A stretch of 39,556 nt of DNA from a virus (taxonomy: Duplodnaviria > Caudoviricetes). Positions 25,123-35,142 of the stretch are shown here, one piece after another; the stretch's first letter is position 1, and every line of letters begins with the position of its first letter. The stretch is taken from the IMG/VR virus record IMGVR_UViG_3300007511_000050, positions 1-39,556 of that record; one strand, written 5' to 3'. Made by a program: the position numbers and the translations under genes. The notes under the pieces were generated by a model. It saw only the letters and a list, made by a program, of their open reading frames with translations. It ran no database searches and had not been told where the DNA came from.

Positions 25123-25875
25123 ATGGCACTTAATTTAGACGCAATGAAAGCGAAGTTAGATAAACTTAATGGAAAGGGTGAAGGAAAGAAGAATTTCTGG
25201 CGCCCAGAAGACGGAGAAAGCAATATTCGTATTGTTTCCACTCCAGATGGTGATCCTTTCAAGGAGAAGTTCTTCCACTATGGAATCGGTGGACAGTCTT
25301 TTCTTTGCCCGAAGCGAAACTTCGGAGATGATTGCCCAGCATGCAATTTTGCAAACAAGTTGTGGAACGAGGGTACAGAAGAGAGCAAGCGACAAGCAAA
25401 GGAAATGTTCGCAAAGCAGAGGTTCTTTTCACCGGTTCTTGTTCGAGGAGAAGAAGCTGAAGGTATCAGAGTCTGGGGCTATGGTAAGATGGCTTATGAA
25501 AAGTTGCTTACAATTGTTCTCGACCCTGATTACGGAGACATTACAGACCCCGAGACTGGCAACGATCTTAAGTTGATGTACGGCAAGCTACCCGGAGCTA
25601 GCTTTCCTCGTACTGACATTCGACCTAGGCCACGAAAGACCACCCTTTGTGACGAAGCTGTTGGTGGTGATGAAAGATGTGCGGAACTTTTGGAGACAAT
25701 TCCGAACTTTGACGAAATTTTCGAGAGAAAGACAACAGAAGAGGTGCAATCAATCATGGATCAACACCTTTCTGGGGAGTCTGGAAACGCCGAACTTGAA
25801 AAGTTCGGAAACAACACTAATACTACAACTACTGATGCAGTTGAAGATGCATTCAACGATTTGTTGAACCAGTAG
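25123..25875 (+). CDS. Single-stranded DNA-binding protein (T4 gp32-like)
   Basis: Start chosen from the AAGGAGGT RBS. FWRP..G...IR motif, His/Cys zinc ligands (HY..C...CPAC) and acidic tail DAVEDAFNDLL. Confidence 0.8.
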   Translation: MALNLDAMKAKLDKLNGKGEGKKNFWRPEDGESNIRIVSTPDGDPFKEKFFHYGIGGQSFLCPKRNFGDDCPACNFANKLWNEGTEESKRQAKEMFAKQRFFSPVLVRGEEAEGIRVWGYGKMAYEKLLTIVLDPDYGDITDPETGNDLKLMYGKLPGASFPRTDIRPRPRKTTLCDEAVGGDERCAELLETIPNFDEIFERKTTEEVQSIMDQHLSGESGNAELEKFGNNTNTTTTDAVEDAFNDLLNQ

Positions 25876-25883
25876 GATATAAT

Positions 25884-27011
25884 ATGCCTAAAATATCAAA
25901 ACTCAAAAAAGGTGCATTAGATATTGCCTCAATTCGAGGCATTATCAACAAGAAAGCTGGTAGGGAAGTGGCACATTCACTTCAGGATAATAATCCAACA
26001 GAGGTGAATGAATGGATCCCTACTGGCTCCCGATGGCTTGACGCCATCATCTGCAAAGGCAGACATGCAGGGATTCCTGTGGGTAAGATCTCAGAAATCG
26101 CTGGCCTCCCAGGTACTGGCAAGTCATTCTTGGCTGCTCAGATTGCTGGGAACGCTCAAAAGATGGGTATCGATGTGGTGTACTTTGATTCAGAGTCTGC
26201 TATCGATCCTTCCTTTATGGAGCGCGCCGGCTGTGATTTGGACAGGTTGATGTATGTTCAGGCAGCATCTGTTGAGTTTGTCCTGGAAACCATCGAAGAA
26301 TTGCTAGCTACTGGTAACAAATGGCTTTTCATTTGGGACTCCCTGGCCCTTACTCCGTCGATTTCTGATGTTGAAGGAGACTTCAATCCTCAGTCTTCTA
26401 TGGCAGTAAAGCCGAGAATCCTGGCCAAGGGAATGTCTAAACTAACCATTCCTATCGCTGATGCGAACGCTACCTTTCTAGTTCTCAATCAATTGAAGAC
26501 TAACTTGGGAGCAAGAACACCAGCCCAGGCCATGACAGAACCATATACGACCCCAGGGGGAAAGGCCATGATTTATGCTTATTCCCTTCGTGTGTGGCTC
26601 ACCGCAAGAAAAGCTAAAGCTAGTTTCATCGTAGATGACAATGGTTTCCGCATCGGATCTGAAGTGAAGGTAAAGCTAGAAAAGTCTCGTTTCGGGACCC
26701 ACGGCCGTACCTGTAACTTCAAGATCCTGTGGGGTGATGACGCCGTTGGTGTCCAAGACGAAGAAAGTTGGTTCGATGCAATCCAGATCTCTGAAAGACT
26801 TGAACAGTCTGGTGCATGGTTTACGCTAATCCACAATGATGGGTCTAAGGAAAAGTTCCAGCGCAAGCAATGGGTAACCAAACTTGAGAGTGAAAAATTC
26901 AGAGAAAGTGTCTTGACTATTATTGAAGAAGATGTTATTATGAAGTTCAAGAATAGAGAAGGCAAAGCAGACGACTTCTATGACGCGGACGATGTCCCGC
27001 CGACAGAATAG
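25884..27011 (+). CDS. recA: RecA/UvsX recombinase
   Basis: IPTGS..LD, Walker A GLPGTGKS, YFDSE.AID, WDSL, LNQL and TPGGKA motifs. Confidence 0.93.
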   Translation: MPKISKLKKGALDIASIRGIINKKAGREVAHSLQDNNPTEVNEWIPTGSRWLDAIICKGRHAGIPVGKISEIAGLPGTGKSFLAAQIAGNAQKMGIDVVYFDSESAIDPSFMERAGCDLDRLMYVQAASVEFVLETIEELLATGNKWLFIWDSLALTPSISDVEGDFNPQSSMAVKPRILAKGMSKLTIPIADANATFLVLNQLKTNLGARTPAQAMTEPYTTPGGKAMIYAYSLRVWLTARKAKASFIVDDNGFRIGSEVKVKLEKSRFGTHGRTCNFKILWGDDAVGVQDEESWFDAIQISERLEQSGAWFTLIHNDGSKEKFQRKQWVTKLESEKFRESVLTIIEEDVIMKFKNREGKADDFYDADDVPPTE

Positions 27012-27021
27012 TCACCCACAC

Positions 27022-27049
27022 AAGCCCGGCTCTTCGCCGGGCTTTTTTT
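27022..27049 (+). terminator. Rho-independent terminator
   Basis: AAGCCCGGC-TCTTC-GCCGGGCTT followed by a T-tract. Confidence 0.88.
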
Positions 27050-27062
27050 ATGGAGAATATAA

Positions 27063-28025
27063 ATGAAGAGAATGATGATAGTGGATGCGTATAACCAGTT
27101 TATCCGCGGATATATAGTAGACCCTAGCAAAAACCCAAACGGCTCTCCCATCGGCGGTATGAGGACGTTTATCAATATCCTGAACAAGCTTACAAGAGAG
27201 ATTAAACCAGATCTCATGGTTTTGGTTTGGGATGGCAAAGGCGGCAGCAAAAAGCGTCGAGCAATGAACAAAAACTACAAAGGCGGCCGCAAGCCTCCAA
27301 GGACAAACTGGTCACAAGTAGGAATGGATGAAGAAGACGTCCTAGACAACAAAGTATGGCAACAAATGAGAGTCATTCAATATCTAAATCAGACACCTGT
27401 CATCCAGTTCATGGAGAATCTAGTAGAGGCTGATGATGTCATTTCATATGTAAAGAGCAGCTCCGCTTTCACAGAATGGCAAAAAGTTATTGTGTCTGCC
27501 GACAAGGATTTTATTCAATTACTTGACGACAAGACAATTTTACACAGACCTATTCAGAAGGAATATTTGAATAAGAACTCTATAGTCGAAAAGTTTAAGA
27601 TCCATCCGACAAACTTTGCACTGGCTAGAGCTATTGTGGGAGACTCCTCGGATAATCTCCCGGGAGTCCCTCGCGTTGGTTTAGAAACTGTAGCAAAAAG
27701 ATTTCCTTTTCTAAAAGAGGAAGAGACGCACTACTTAAGTAGTATCCTAGAAGAATGTACCCGGCCAGAGAACAAACAAAAAGTTTACACAAATATTTTA
27801 GAATCAAAGGAGTTAATCGAAAACAATTATGATATTATGCAATTATCTTCGCCCATGCTATCAATTCAAGCCAAACAAGGGATTGACGATACGTTTGAGC
27901 AATATAAGCCCCACTACAATCAAACGGAAATGAGAAAACTTATGCTTCAGGATGGTGTGTTGACTGTCACTACAACAGACTTGGAACAAAGATTTAATAA
28001 CATTATCACTTCCTTTTCACAATAA
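27063..28025 (+). CDS. 5'-3' exonuclease / flap endonuclease (Pol I N-terminal, T4 RNase H-like)
   Basis: IVDAYN, VWDGKG, YKGGR, EADDVI, SADKDFIQL and GDSSDNLPGVPRVG motifs. Confidence 0.92.
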   Translation: MKRMMIVDAYNQFIRGYIVDPSKNPNGSPIGGMRTFINILNKLTREIKPDLMVLVWDGKGGSKKRRAMNKNYKGGRKPPRTNWSQVGMDEEDVLDNKVWQQMRVIQYLNQTPVIQFMENLVEADDVISYVKSSSAFTEWQKVIVSADKDFIQLLDDKTILHRPIQKEYLNKNSIVEKFKIHPTNFALARAIVGDSSDNLPGVPRVGLETVAKRFPFLKEEETHYLSSILEECTRPENKQKVYTNILESKELIENNYDIMQLSSPMLSIQAKQGIDDTFEQYKPHYNQTEMRKLMLQDGVLTVTTTDLEQRFNNIITSFSQ

Positions 28026-28061
28026 AATCTGGTATAGTATAACAAATACTAAGGAACAAGA

Positions 28062-29438
28062 ATGGAACAAGTAAATAACTTCTCAAAGTTTGGCAAATCA
28101 TTTCAAGAAGATTTGTGTCATCTGATTTTGAACGACCGAATATTTGCAGATCAGATGTTTGAAGTTTTAGATACAAGCTTTCTAGAATTAAAGCACTTAA
28201 GAGTATTTACTAGGAAAGTAAAGGAATATAGAGAAAAGTATGGAGTCCACCCCACATCTAATATCATGCATTCCATCATTCGAACAGGTTTGGATGATGA
28301 ACCAGAATCAGTCAAGGTACGAATCCGCGAGTACTATGCGAGAGTTCTTGCAAATGGAGAAGTCCCCGACGGTGCAGACTTTATTAAAGATACGGCTCTG
28401 GATTTTTGCAAAAAACAAAAACTCAAAGAAGCTCTGATTAAATCAGTTGAGCTTATTAAATCTTCTTCTTTTGATGAAGTTTCAAAAGTTATAGACAACG
28501 CCCTTAAATTGGGATCGGACAATACACTAGGTTATGATTATCTTGCAGACTTTGAAGCGCGTTTTGTTAAGAGACACCGCAACCCTATTAGTACGGGCTG
28601 GCACGACATCGATGACATTTCTAAGGGAGGTCTTGGGAAAGGGGAGCTTGGTGTTGTTGTTGCTCCTACTGGTGCTGGCAAATCAATGGTACTTGTACAT
28701 CTCGGGGCAGCGGCACTCAAGGCCGGGAAAAATGTATTACACTACACATTGGAACTTGCTGATACTGTTGTTGCTGGCCGTTACGACGCTGCTATTACTG
28801 GCGTTGAATTAAGGAACCTAACAGTATTTAAAGAAAAAATATATGACGAGATTAGAGAAATAAACGGAAAACTTATTGTTAAAGAATATCCAACTAGAAG
28901 CGCTAGTATCCAAACAATCAAAAATCACGTTGAGAAGCTAAAAAGGCGAGATTTTGTCCCAGACATGATCATCGTAGACTACGGAGACCTAATCCGACCA
29001 GAAAATAGCAGAAAAGATGAGAAAAGGCATCAACTGGAAACTATTTACGAAGAGCTTAGAGGAATAGCTCAAATTTGTGAATGTCCACTCTGGACTGCAT
29101 CGCAAACTAACAGATCTGGGTTGAACGCAGAAGTGATCACAATGGAGTCAATCTCCGAGGCGTTCAACAAATGTTTTGTAGCAGATTTCATCTTCACGGT
29201 GTCGAGAACCGTGGAGGATAAAAACACCAATCAGGGACGCATTTTTGTAGCAAAAAACAGGAATGGTCCAGATGGACTGGTGTATCCACTATTCATGGAC
29301 ACGAGCAATGTGAAGATTAAAGTCCTGCCAAAAACAGGCGAAACCGCGAATGATATTATCCAAAAATCTTCTGCAGAAAGGTTAGCAAACCTGAAAGAGA
29401 AGTACAAGATTTTTAAGAAAGAAGGAGGAAATAAATAA
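28062..29438 (+). CDS. dnaB: Replicative DnaB-like helicase (T4 gp41-like)
   Basis: Walker A APTGAGKS, TLEL, IIVDYGDLI, WTASQTNR and KNRNGP motifs. Confidence 0.92.
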   Translation: MEQVNNFSKFGKSFQEDLCHLILNDRIFADQMFEVLDTSFLELKHLRVFTRKVKEYREKYGVHPTSNIMHSIIRTGLDDEPESVKVRIREYYARVLANGEVPDGADFIKDTALDFCKKQKLKEALIKSVELIKSSSFDEVSKVIDNALKLGSDNTLGYDYLADFEARFVKRHRNPISTGWHDIDDISKGGLGKGELGVVVAPTGAGKSMVLVHLGAAALKAGKNVLHYTLELADTVVAGRYDAAITGVELRNLTVFKEKIYDEIREINGKLIVKEYPTRSASIQTIKNHVEKLKRRDFVPDMIIVDYGDLIRPENSRKDEKRHQLETIYEELRGIAQICECPLWTASQTNRSGLNAEVITMESISEAFNKCFVADFIFTVSRTVEDKNTNQGRIFVAKNRNGPDGLVYPLFMDTSNVKIKVLPKTGETANDIIQKSSAERLANLKEKYKIFKKEGGNK

Positions 29439-31300
29439 TGGAACTATCAAATCAAATCTTATCAGAAATTACAGTACACATGAAGTACGCGAGGTACCTA
29501 GAAAAAGAAAAGAGAAGAGAGACTTGGGAGGAGCTTGTTACGAGAAATATGAACATGCATCTCAAGAAGTTTCCAGAACTTGAACTTCAAATTAGAAAAG
29601 CCTATAAGATGGTTTATGATAAGAAGGTTTTACCATCCATGCGATCGATGCAGTTTGGTGGCAAACCAATTGAGGTAGCTCCAAATAGAATTTTTAACTG
29701 CGCTTTTATGCCTGCCGATGACTGGCGCTGTTTTAGTGAAGCTATGTTTCTTCTTCTTGGAGGAACAGGAGTCGGGTACTCTGTGCAAAAGCATCATGTG
29801 GAGAAGTTACCAGAGATCAGATGCCCAAACATGAAGAGAACACGACGCTTTCTTGTCAATGATTCCATTGAAGGTTGGGCTGATGCTGTTCAGGCATTAG
29901 TTAAATCTTATTTTTACGGAGGGTCCAGACTCCGATTTGATTATTCAGATATTCGCCCGACGGGCGCCGCGCTCATTACTTCTGGAGGTAAGGCCCCAGG
30001 ACCTCAGCCCCTGCGCGAGTGCTTAGTAAAGCTAGAGGGAATGCTCTCACAGAAGGACAATGGAGATAAGCTAACGCCAATCGAAGTGCACGATATGATT
30101 TGTCATATAGCAGACGCTGTGCTGGCAGGTGGCATTCGCCGCGCCGCTCTCATTTCTTTATTCTCAGCCGATGATGAAGATATGATTGCTGCAAAAACAG
30201 GTAACTGGTGGGAGACCAATCCACAACGAGGTAGAGCAAACAACTCGGTTGTCCTACTCCGACACAAGATTGATAGAGAATACTTTATGAATCTCTGGGA
30301 AAGAGTGAAGGCATCTGGAGCTGGAGAGCCTGGTTTTTATTTTTCAAATGATAAAGACTGGGGGACTAACCCTTGTTGTGAGATTGGTTTAAGACCTTAT
30401 CAGTTTTGTAATTTAACTGAAGTTAACGTGTCTAACGTGGATTCGCAAGAAGATCTCAATGACAGAGTTAAGGCAGCAGCGTTCATTGGAACTTTGCAAG
30501 CTAGTTACACAGATTTTCACTATCTTCGTGACATTTGGCGCAGAACAACTGAAAAAGATGCTCTCATTGGTGTCTCGATGACTGGTATCGCCTCAGGCGC
30601 AGTTTTGGAACTTGATATGAAAGAGGCAGCAAACTGTGTTAAACAGGAGAATACCAGAGCAGCCGAACTTCTAGGCATCCGACCTGCAGCGAGAACCACC
30701 TGTGTCAAACCCGCGGGCACAACCTCTTTGACCTTAGGGACTTCTTCCGGCATCCACGCCTGGCACAATGACTATTACATCCGCCGCGTCCGTGTAGGTA
30801 AGAACGAGCCGATTTACAGTTACTTAGCCCAAAACCATCCAGAACTTATTGAGGATGAATACTTTAGTCCTCATACCACCGCGGTGATTTCTATACCGCA
30901 AAAGGCACCAGAAGGGTCTATTTTGAGGACGGAATCAGCATTGCAATTACTTAGGAGAGTAAAACATGTTACTGATGAATGGGTCAAACCCGGCTTCCGT
31001 AAAGGCCAGAACACACACAATATTTCTGCAACTATCTCTATAAAAGATGCAGAGTGGGTAGACGTCGGTGACTGGATGTGGGAAAACAGAAACAGCTATA
31101 ATGGTTTATCGGTTCTTCCATTTTCTGATCACACCTACAAGCAAGCTCCATTTGAAGATTGTTCTAAAGAAACATATGAAGTCTTAATTGATTCTTTGAA
31201 AAGTATTGATCTAACTCAGATTAACGAAGAAGAGGATAATACAGACCTTAAAGGCGAAGTTGCATGCGCCGGCGGAGCATGCGAAGTAAAATTTGTTTAA
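29438..31300 (+). CDS. nrdJ: Class II (adenosylcobalamin-dependent) ribonucleotide reductase
   Basis: PSMRSMQFGG, NCAF, GTGVGYSV, TNPCCEI, FCNLTE, TCVKPAGT and the C-terminal CAGGAC redox pair. No adjacent beta subunit gene. Confidence 0.9.
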   Translation: MELSNQILSEITVHMKYARYLEKEKRRETWEELVTRNMNMHLKKFPELELQIRKAYKMVYDKKVLPSMRSMQFGGKPIEVAPNRIFNCAFMPADDWRCFSEAMFLLLGGTGVGYSVQKHHVEKLPEIRCPNMKRTRRFLVNDSIEGWADAVQALVKSYFYGGSRLRFDYSDIRPTGAALITSGGKAPGPQPLRECLVKLEGMLSQKDNGDKLTPIEVHDMICHIADAVLAGGIRRAALISLFSADDEDMIAAKTGNWWETNPQRGRANNSVVLLRHKIDREYFMNLWERVKASGAGEPGFYFSNDKDWGTNPCCEIGLRPYQFCNLTEVNVSNVDSQEDLNDRVKAAAFIGTLQASYTDFHYLRDIWRRTTEKDALIGVSMTGIASGAVLELDMKEAANCVKQENTRAAELLGIRPAARTTCVKPAGTTSLTLGTSSGIHAWHNDYYIRRVRVGKNEPIYSYLAQNHPELIEDEYFSPHTTAVISIPQKAPEGSILRTESALQLLRRVKHVTDEWVKPGFRKGQNTHNISATISIKDAEWVDVGDWMWENRNSYNGLSVLPFSDHTYKQAPFEDCSKETYEVLIDSLKSIDLTQINEEEDNTDLKGEVACAGGACEVKFV

Positions 31301-31306
31301 AAACTA

Positions 31307-31335
31307 TTGACAAACCTGTTAAAATATACTATTAT
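31307..31335 (+). promoter_or_regulatory. Sigma70-type promoter
   Basis: TTGACA-N17-TATTAT. Confidence 0.8.
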
Positions 31336-31366
31336 TGTAATACAACTCAACAAGAAAGGATAAATT

Positions 31367-31639
31367 ATGAGTTCTAACGACGATAAATTACTAACGAAAG
31401 AGGAGCACCTCGCAAACTATATTAAGACATTTGTTGCTATCGAGGATGCTATGGAGCCATTCAAGGAGCAGCGAAAAGACCTTCGGGAGTCCTATAACGA
31501 GAATGGTTGGCTCTCCAAGGAAGAAATGAGATTGGCTGTAAAGGCCTACAGATTATATAAGTCCGAGACTGACATGGAGATCTTAACAGACTATGTAAAC
31601 AAGTGTCAGCGCTCAGTTGGGAGGATCAATGGTCTCTAA
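31367..31639 (+). CDS. Small dsDNA-binding protein (T4 DsbA / GapR DUF2312-like)
   Basis: L.NYI..F..IED.....KEQRKDL..SY...G helical pattern resembles GapR/DsbA. Confidence 0.45.
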   Translation: MSSNDDKLLTKEEHLANYIKTFVAIEDAMEPFKEQRKDLRESYNENGWLSKEEMRLAVKAYRLYKSETDMEILTDYVNKCQRSVGRINGL

Positions 31640-31952
31640 AATAGAAATGTTGAAACCTGTTAACAGGCACCTTTTGATTGTTCCACATGTTCAAAAGAAC
31701 GAAACAAATTCTGGAGTTTTACTACCAGAAGATTACAAACCAGAAGAAAATCAGTATATTGAAGCGTCAGTTATTGATATTGCTTCAGACTGTAGTAAAC
31801 AGTTTAGCCATTTGAAATATAACAATATTGACAACAACAAGATTGTTGTAGATAGATCTATGATTCAAGAAGTTACGTTAAAAGAAAAAACCCACTATAT
31901 GATTCTGGAGAACTATGTAGTGGGTGTCTATAGGAGGCCCAGTGAGAATTGA
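31629..31952 (+). CDS. groES: GroES-like co-chaperonin
   Basis: LKPVNRHLLI, mobile loop TNSGVLLP and terminal ILENYVVG. Start chosen from the GGGAGG RBS. Confidence 0.75.
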   Translation: MVSKIEMLKPVNRHLLIVPHVQKNETNSGVLLPEDYKPEENQYIEASVIDIASDCSKQFSHLKYNNIDNNKIVVDRSMIQEVTLKEKTHYMILENYVVGVYRRPSEN

Positions 31953-32646
31953 TCTCTTTGGTGACAAAGTAGGTGCGGTTGAGTACATTTCACATATGGG
32001 TTCGGATTTGTCGGTTGTTAATGCTGCAAGAGTCTCGTTCGGCTCAGAGAAGGAAGAAGTAGATGAAAAAGATATTAAACTTATTAACTACCTTATGGCC
32101 CACAATCACTCATCGCCATTTGAACATTGCACTATCACATTTCGTTTTACCGTTCCTTTGTTTATTAGGAGCCAGCATCACAGGCATCGCACTTGGGCTT
32201 ATAATGAGATATCTCGCAGGTATACTTCTGTAGACATTCAGTTTTATGAACCTAGTGAGTTCCGGACACAACACAAGTCGAATAGGCAAGCAAGCACAGA
32301 AAACCTGATAGATCCGATATTGGAATCAAACAGGGACGGCTCACCTACTTTGTCGTCAGCGTCCAGCCAAATTAGGGCTCACCACAAGGAGAGCATGAGA
32401 TTGTTTGAAGCACTACTGGAGTCAGGAGTCTGCAGAGAACAAGCGAGAGGTGTTCTACCTCAAAATCTTTACACTCAATATTATGGCACCGTTAATTTGC
32501 ATAATTTGCTAAAGTTTATCTCACTTAGGTCTCATGAAGGGGCCCAATGGGAGATACAACAAGTTGCCGAATCGTGTCTGGAGATAGCAGAAGAACTATT
32601 CCCCCACTCAGTTCAGGCATTTATACAAAAGAAAATGGAGAAGTAA
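31942..32646 (+). CDS. thyX: Flavin-dependent thymidylate synthase
   Basis: VNAARVSF, HSSPFEH, RHR-X7-S motif (RHRTWAYNEISRRY), EQARGVLP and AQWEI. GTG start after AGGAGG. Confidence 0.95.
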   Translation: MRIDLFGDKVGAVEYISHMGSDLSVVNAARVSFGSEKEEVDEKDIKLINYLMAHNHSSPFEHCTITFRFTVPLFIRSQHHRHRTWAYNEISRRYTSVDIQFYEPSEFRTQHKSNRQASTENLIDPILESNRDGSPTLSSASSQIRAHHKESMRLFEALLESGVCREQARGVLPQNLYTQYYGTVNLHNLLKFISLRSHEGAQWEIQQVAESCLEIAEELFPHSVQAFIQKKMEK

Positions 32647-33122
32647 TGGCGTTCTTGTTGTCTCTCTGCTTGTTGTCGAATCAGCATATGGATCTAACAG
32701 ATTATCAACACAGTAATCTATGTAAGTATGAAGATCACATTAGAACAGAAGCAGAAAAAAACGGCATTAAACCAGCACTTTTAGCAGCACTTATATATGT
32801 TGAGAGTGGTTTTTATAGGAACGTAGTCAGTGAAGCAAACGCTTGTGGTCTAACACAGGTTATTCCAAAGTGGACAGGGGGCCCAGAAACCAGAGGTGTT
32901 AAGTACACTTGCAAACAACTAAAAAACCCCACAACCTCGATAAGGGTCGGCGCGCAAATACTCTCCTACAACATCAAGGTCTATGCCAAGGGCAATGTGG
33001 ACAAAGGGCTGTGCTTCTACAACGCAGGCACAAAATGTATTACAAGAAAAGGATTTTACAAAAGGTTAGGTTATGTTAAAAAAGTTAAGCGTATATACAG
33101 TTTGCTTTCTGACGATTGTTAG
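32646..33122 (+). CDS. Lytic transglycosylase (SLT family)
   Basis: IYVESGF (catalytic Glu), ACGLTQV and YNAG motifs. TAATG coupling to thyX and a short hydrophobic N-terminus. Confidence 0.85.
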   Translation: MAFLLSLCLLSNQHMDLTDYQHSNLCKYEDHIRTEAEKNGIKPALLAALIYVESGFYRNVVSEANACGLTQVIPKWTGGPETRGVKYTCKQLKNPTTSIRVGAQILSYNIKVYAKGNVDKGLCFYNAGTKCITRKGFYKRLGYVKKVKRIYSLLSDDC

Positions 33123-35142
33123 TTGCAACGACGAAACTACAACTAGGTATGGTAGCGTAGACAGTTCTCAGCGAACTGTGAGTGTTGATCTTGTTTCACC
33201 AGACATTCAAGTCGTAGAGATACCTGATATTACAGTTGATACGTGGGTAAATCCATGCGAAAATATCCCTAATACACATGTTAGGTTTTGTGATTGTAAC
33301 CCAAGTTGTTGTCAACAACAGACCTGGTACTGTCCACCAACTGGGACAGAAATACAAGCAAAGTATGCAGTGTTGGATATTTGCGACGAGACCTTGACCC
33401 CCTGCGACAGAAATAGGGATCCCACTTGTCCGCCTGCAGAAATAATTGAAGAGACAGATTGTCAGCATGCTTTTGACTGTCCTCCTGGGATAAATGAGGA
33501 CTTCACAATGTATTATGATTGTGAAGTGGATGGGAATCAGGGCCGTCAAGAAGTAAAGTGCGATAAGGGAAGATTGTATTACGGTGAGTGCATCACTTGT
33601 TTTGAAGAAGAGGAGATCTGCGATTTCCAAGACAATGACTGTGATGGAGACATAGATGAAGGGCAAAGAAATGCATGCGATGGATGCGGGACAGTACCAG
33701 AGGATATTTGTGACGGCCTCGACAATGACTGTGATGGAACTAGTGACGAACAACTCATTAGAGAGTGTACTACGATATGCAATTCTGGATTGGAGATCTG
33801 CGCAGCAGGTAATTGGGTAGGGTGTACGGCACAGAGACCAGAGGACGAGCAGTGCGACGGCGAAGACAACGACTGCGACGACCTAGTGGATGAAGGACTA
33901 AATTGTCAGTGCCCCCCATCGATGGTCGGCGCTTTGATACCCTGTATGGAGCCACCTCTTCTTTGTGGTTTAGGGTTTAAGACATGTGAGTGTGTAGACG
34001 AAGAGTGTGCAGTAACGCAAATGACTGAGTGTTTTGCTGCATGCCACTGGGTACCAGAACTTGCACAAACGGGTCAATGTGATCAGCTGATGGGGCTTGC
34101 TACAGACCCAGAGATATGTAATAACTTTGACGAAGATTGTGACTTGCTCATCGACGAACGTCTGACTAGAGAGTGTTACACAGGACCAGAGGGTACATTA
34201 AATGTCGGCGTGTGCATACCAGGAACTCAGGTTTGTAACAATGGTCAGTGGTACGGTAGACGTGAAACGGGCAACTATACGGTCGGTATTTGCTCAGGTG
34301 AAATTCTACCATCTGAAGAGATCTGCGACGGCGCCGACAACGACTGTGATGGCATTGTAGACTTTGGAGAAGAGATTCCAGAGACGGACATCTTGTTCTT
34401 GATAGACTGGTCAGGATCTATGGAGAATTATATTAACGCAGTCAGGATGGCCATGAACCGATTTGCCCAAACCTTTGAAGCAGAGGATAAATTAAAGTGG
34501 GGACTCATCGTCGGACCAAGACTTTTGCCAAACGAACTAGACAATTACGGGAGAATGAAGGAGGGTTTGATACTACAATCTGACATCGCTAGTTTTGAAG
34601 ATTTCCTAACAGCGTTTGCAAATGTTGGACAGTTTGATAATCAAACTGGAAACGAGATGTTTAAAGATGCATTACTCTTGGCAGTTAGGAGTATATCAGG
34701 GAACGTTGATTACGATTTTAATACTGCGATTTGGTCTAACAGAACAGGGTCAGTCCCAGCGCTTCAGGATTTCAAAATTAATTGGCGCCCAAATGCAGAC
34801 CGCATCATTGTACTTTTCACGGACGAGCATGATCAAACATATCTGGTACCGACGGTCTCTGACAGGGTTTTATTGCAAGCGCTTGTAACAACACCCAGCT
34901 TGAAGACTTACATATTTGCAGATGGATTTTTTCCTTGGGAAGATTATGCAATAGAGACAGGTGGAAGGATGTTTGATCTTTCTTCAAACCAAGAGCAAAT
35001 GTACAGTGATTTGATGTCTATATTGGATGAAATATGCTTAGGCCCTCAACCTGAACAGGGAACAATGAATAGAACACCAGCCGGCTTCTTCCCAGCGTCT
35101 TTGCGTACCAGATATGACTATAGATTAGGCATATGTTATTGA
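33073..35142 (+). CDS. Putative lipoprotein with Cys/Asp-rich repeats and C-terminal vWA domain
   Basis: Signal and lipobox MLKKLSVYTVCFLTIVSC, five E.CD..DNDCD...DE-type repeats, MIDAS DWSGS and LFTDE. Confidence 0.8.
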   Translation: MLKKLSVYTVCFLTIVSCNDETTTRYGSVDSSQRTVSVDLVSPDIQVVEIPDITVDTWVNPCENIPNTHVRFCDCNPSCCQQQTWYCPPTGTEIQAKYAVLDICDETLTPCDRNRDPTCPPAEIIEETDCQHAFDCPPGINEDFTMYYDCEVDGNQGRQEVKCDKGRLYYGECITCFEEEEICDFQDNDCDGDIDEGQRNACDGCGTVPEDICDGLDNDCDGTSDEQLIRECTTICNSGLEICAAGNWVGCTAQRPEDEQCDGEDNDCDDLVDEGLNCQCPPSMVGALIPCMEPPLLCGLGFKTCECVDEECAVTQMTECFAACHWVPELAQTGQCDQLMGLATDPEICNNFDEDCDLLIDERLTRECYTGPEGTLNVGVCIPGTQVCNNGQWYGRRETGNYTVGICSGEILPSEEICDGADNDCDGIVDFGEEIPETDILFLIDWSGSMENYINAVRMAMNRFAQTFEAEDKLKWGLIVGPRLLPNELDNYGRMKEGLILQSDIASFEDFLTAFANVGQFDNQTGNEMFKDALLLAVRSISGNVDYDFNTAIWSNRTGSVPALQDFKINWRPNADRIIVLFTDEHDQTYLVPTVSDRVLLQALVTTPSLKTYIFADGFFPWEDYAIETGGRMFDLSSNQEQMYSDLMSILDEICLGPQPEQGTMNRTPAGFFPASLRTRYDYRLGICY

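Noticed and set aside
28015-28043. Promoter upstream of the helicase (TTTCAC-N17-TATAAC or extended TGG-TATAGT)
   Set aside because: Plausible, but the -35 match is weak and the region is AT-rich, so it is not listed as a feature.
33600-34370. Repeated GACAATGACTGTGATGG-like units as a CRISPR array
   Set aside because: They are irregularly spaced, degenerate at third codon positions, and encode the DNDCDG protein repeat.
4939-35142. Integrin-like pairing of the fibre's FG-GAP-like propeller with the vWA lipoprotein
   Set aside because: Only an analogy. The genes are far apart, in different expression modules, and nothing in the sequence links them.
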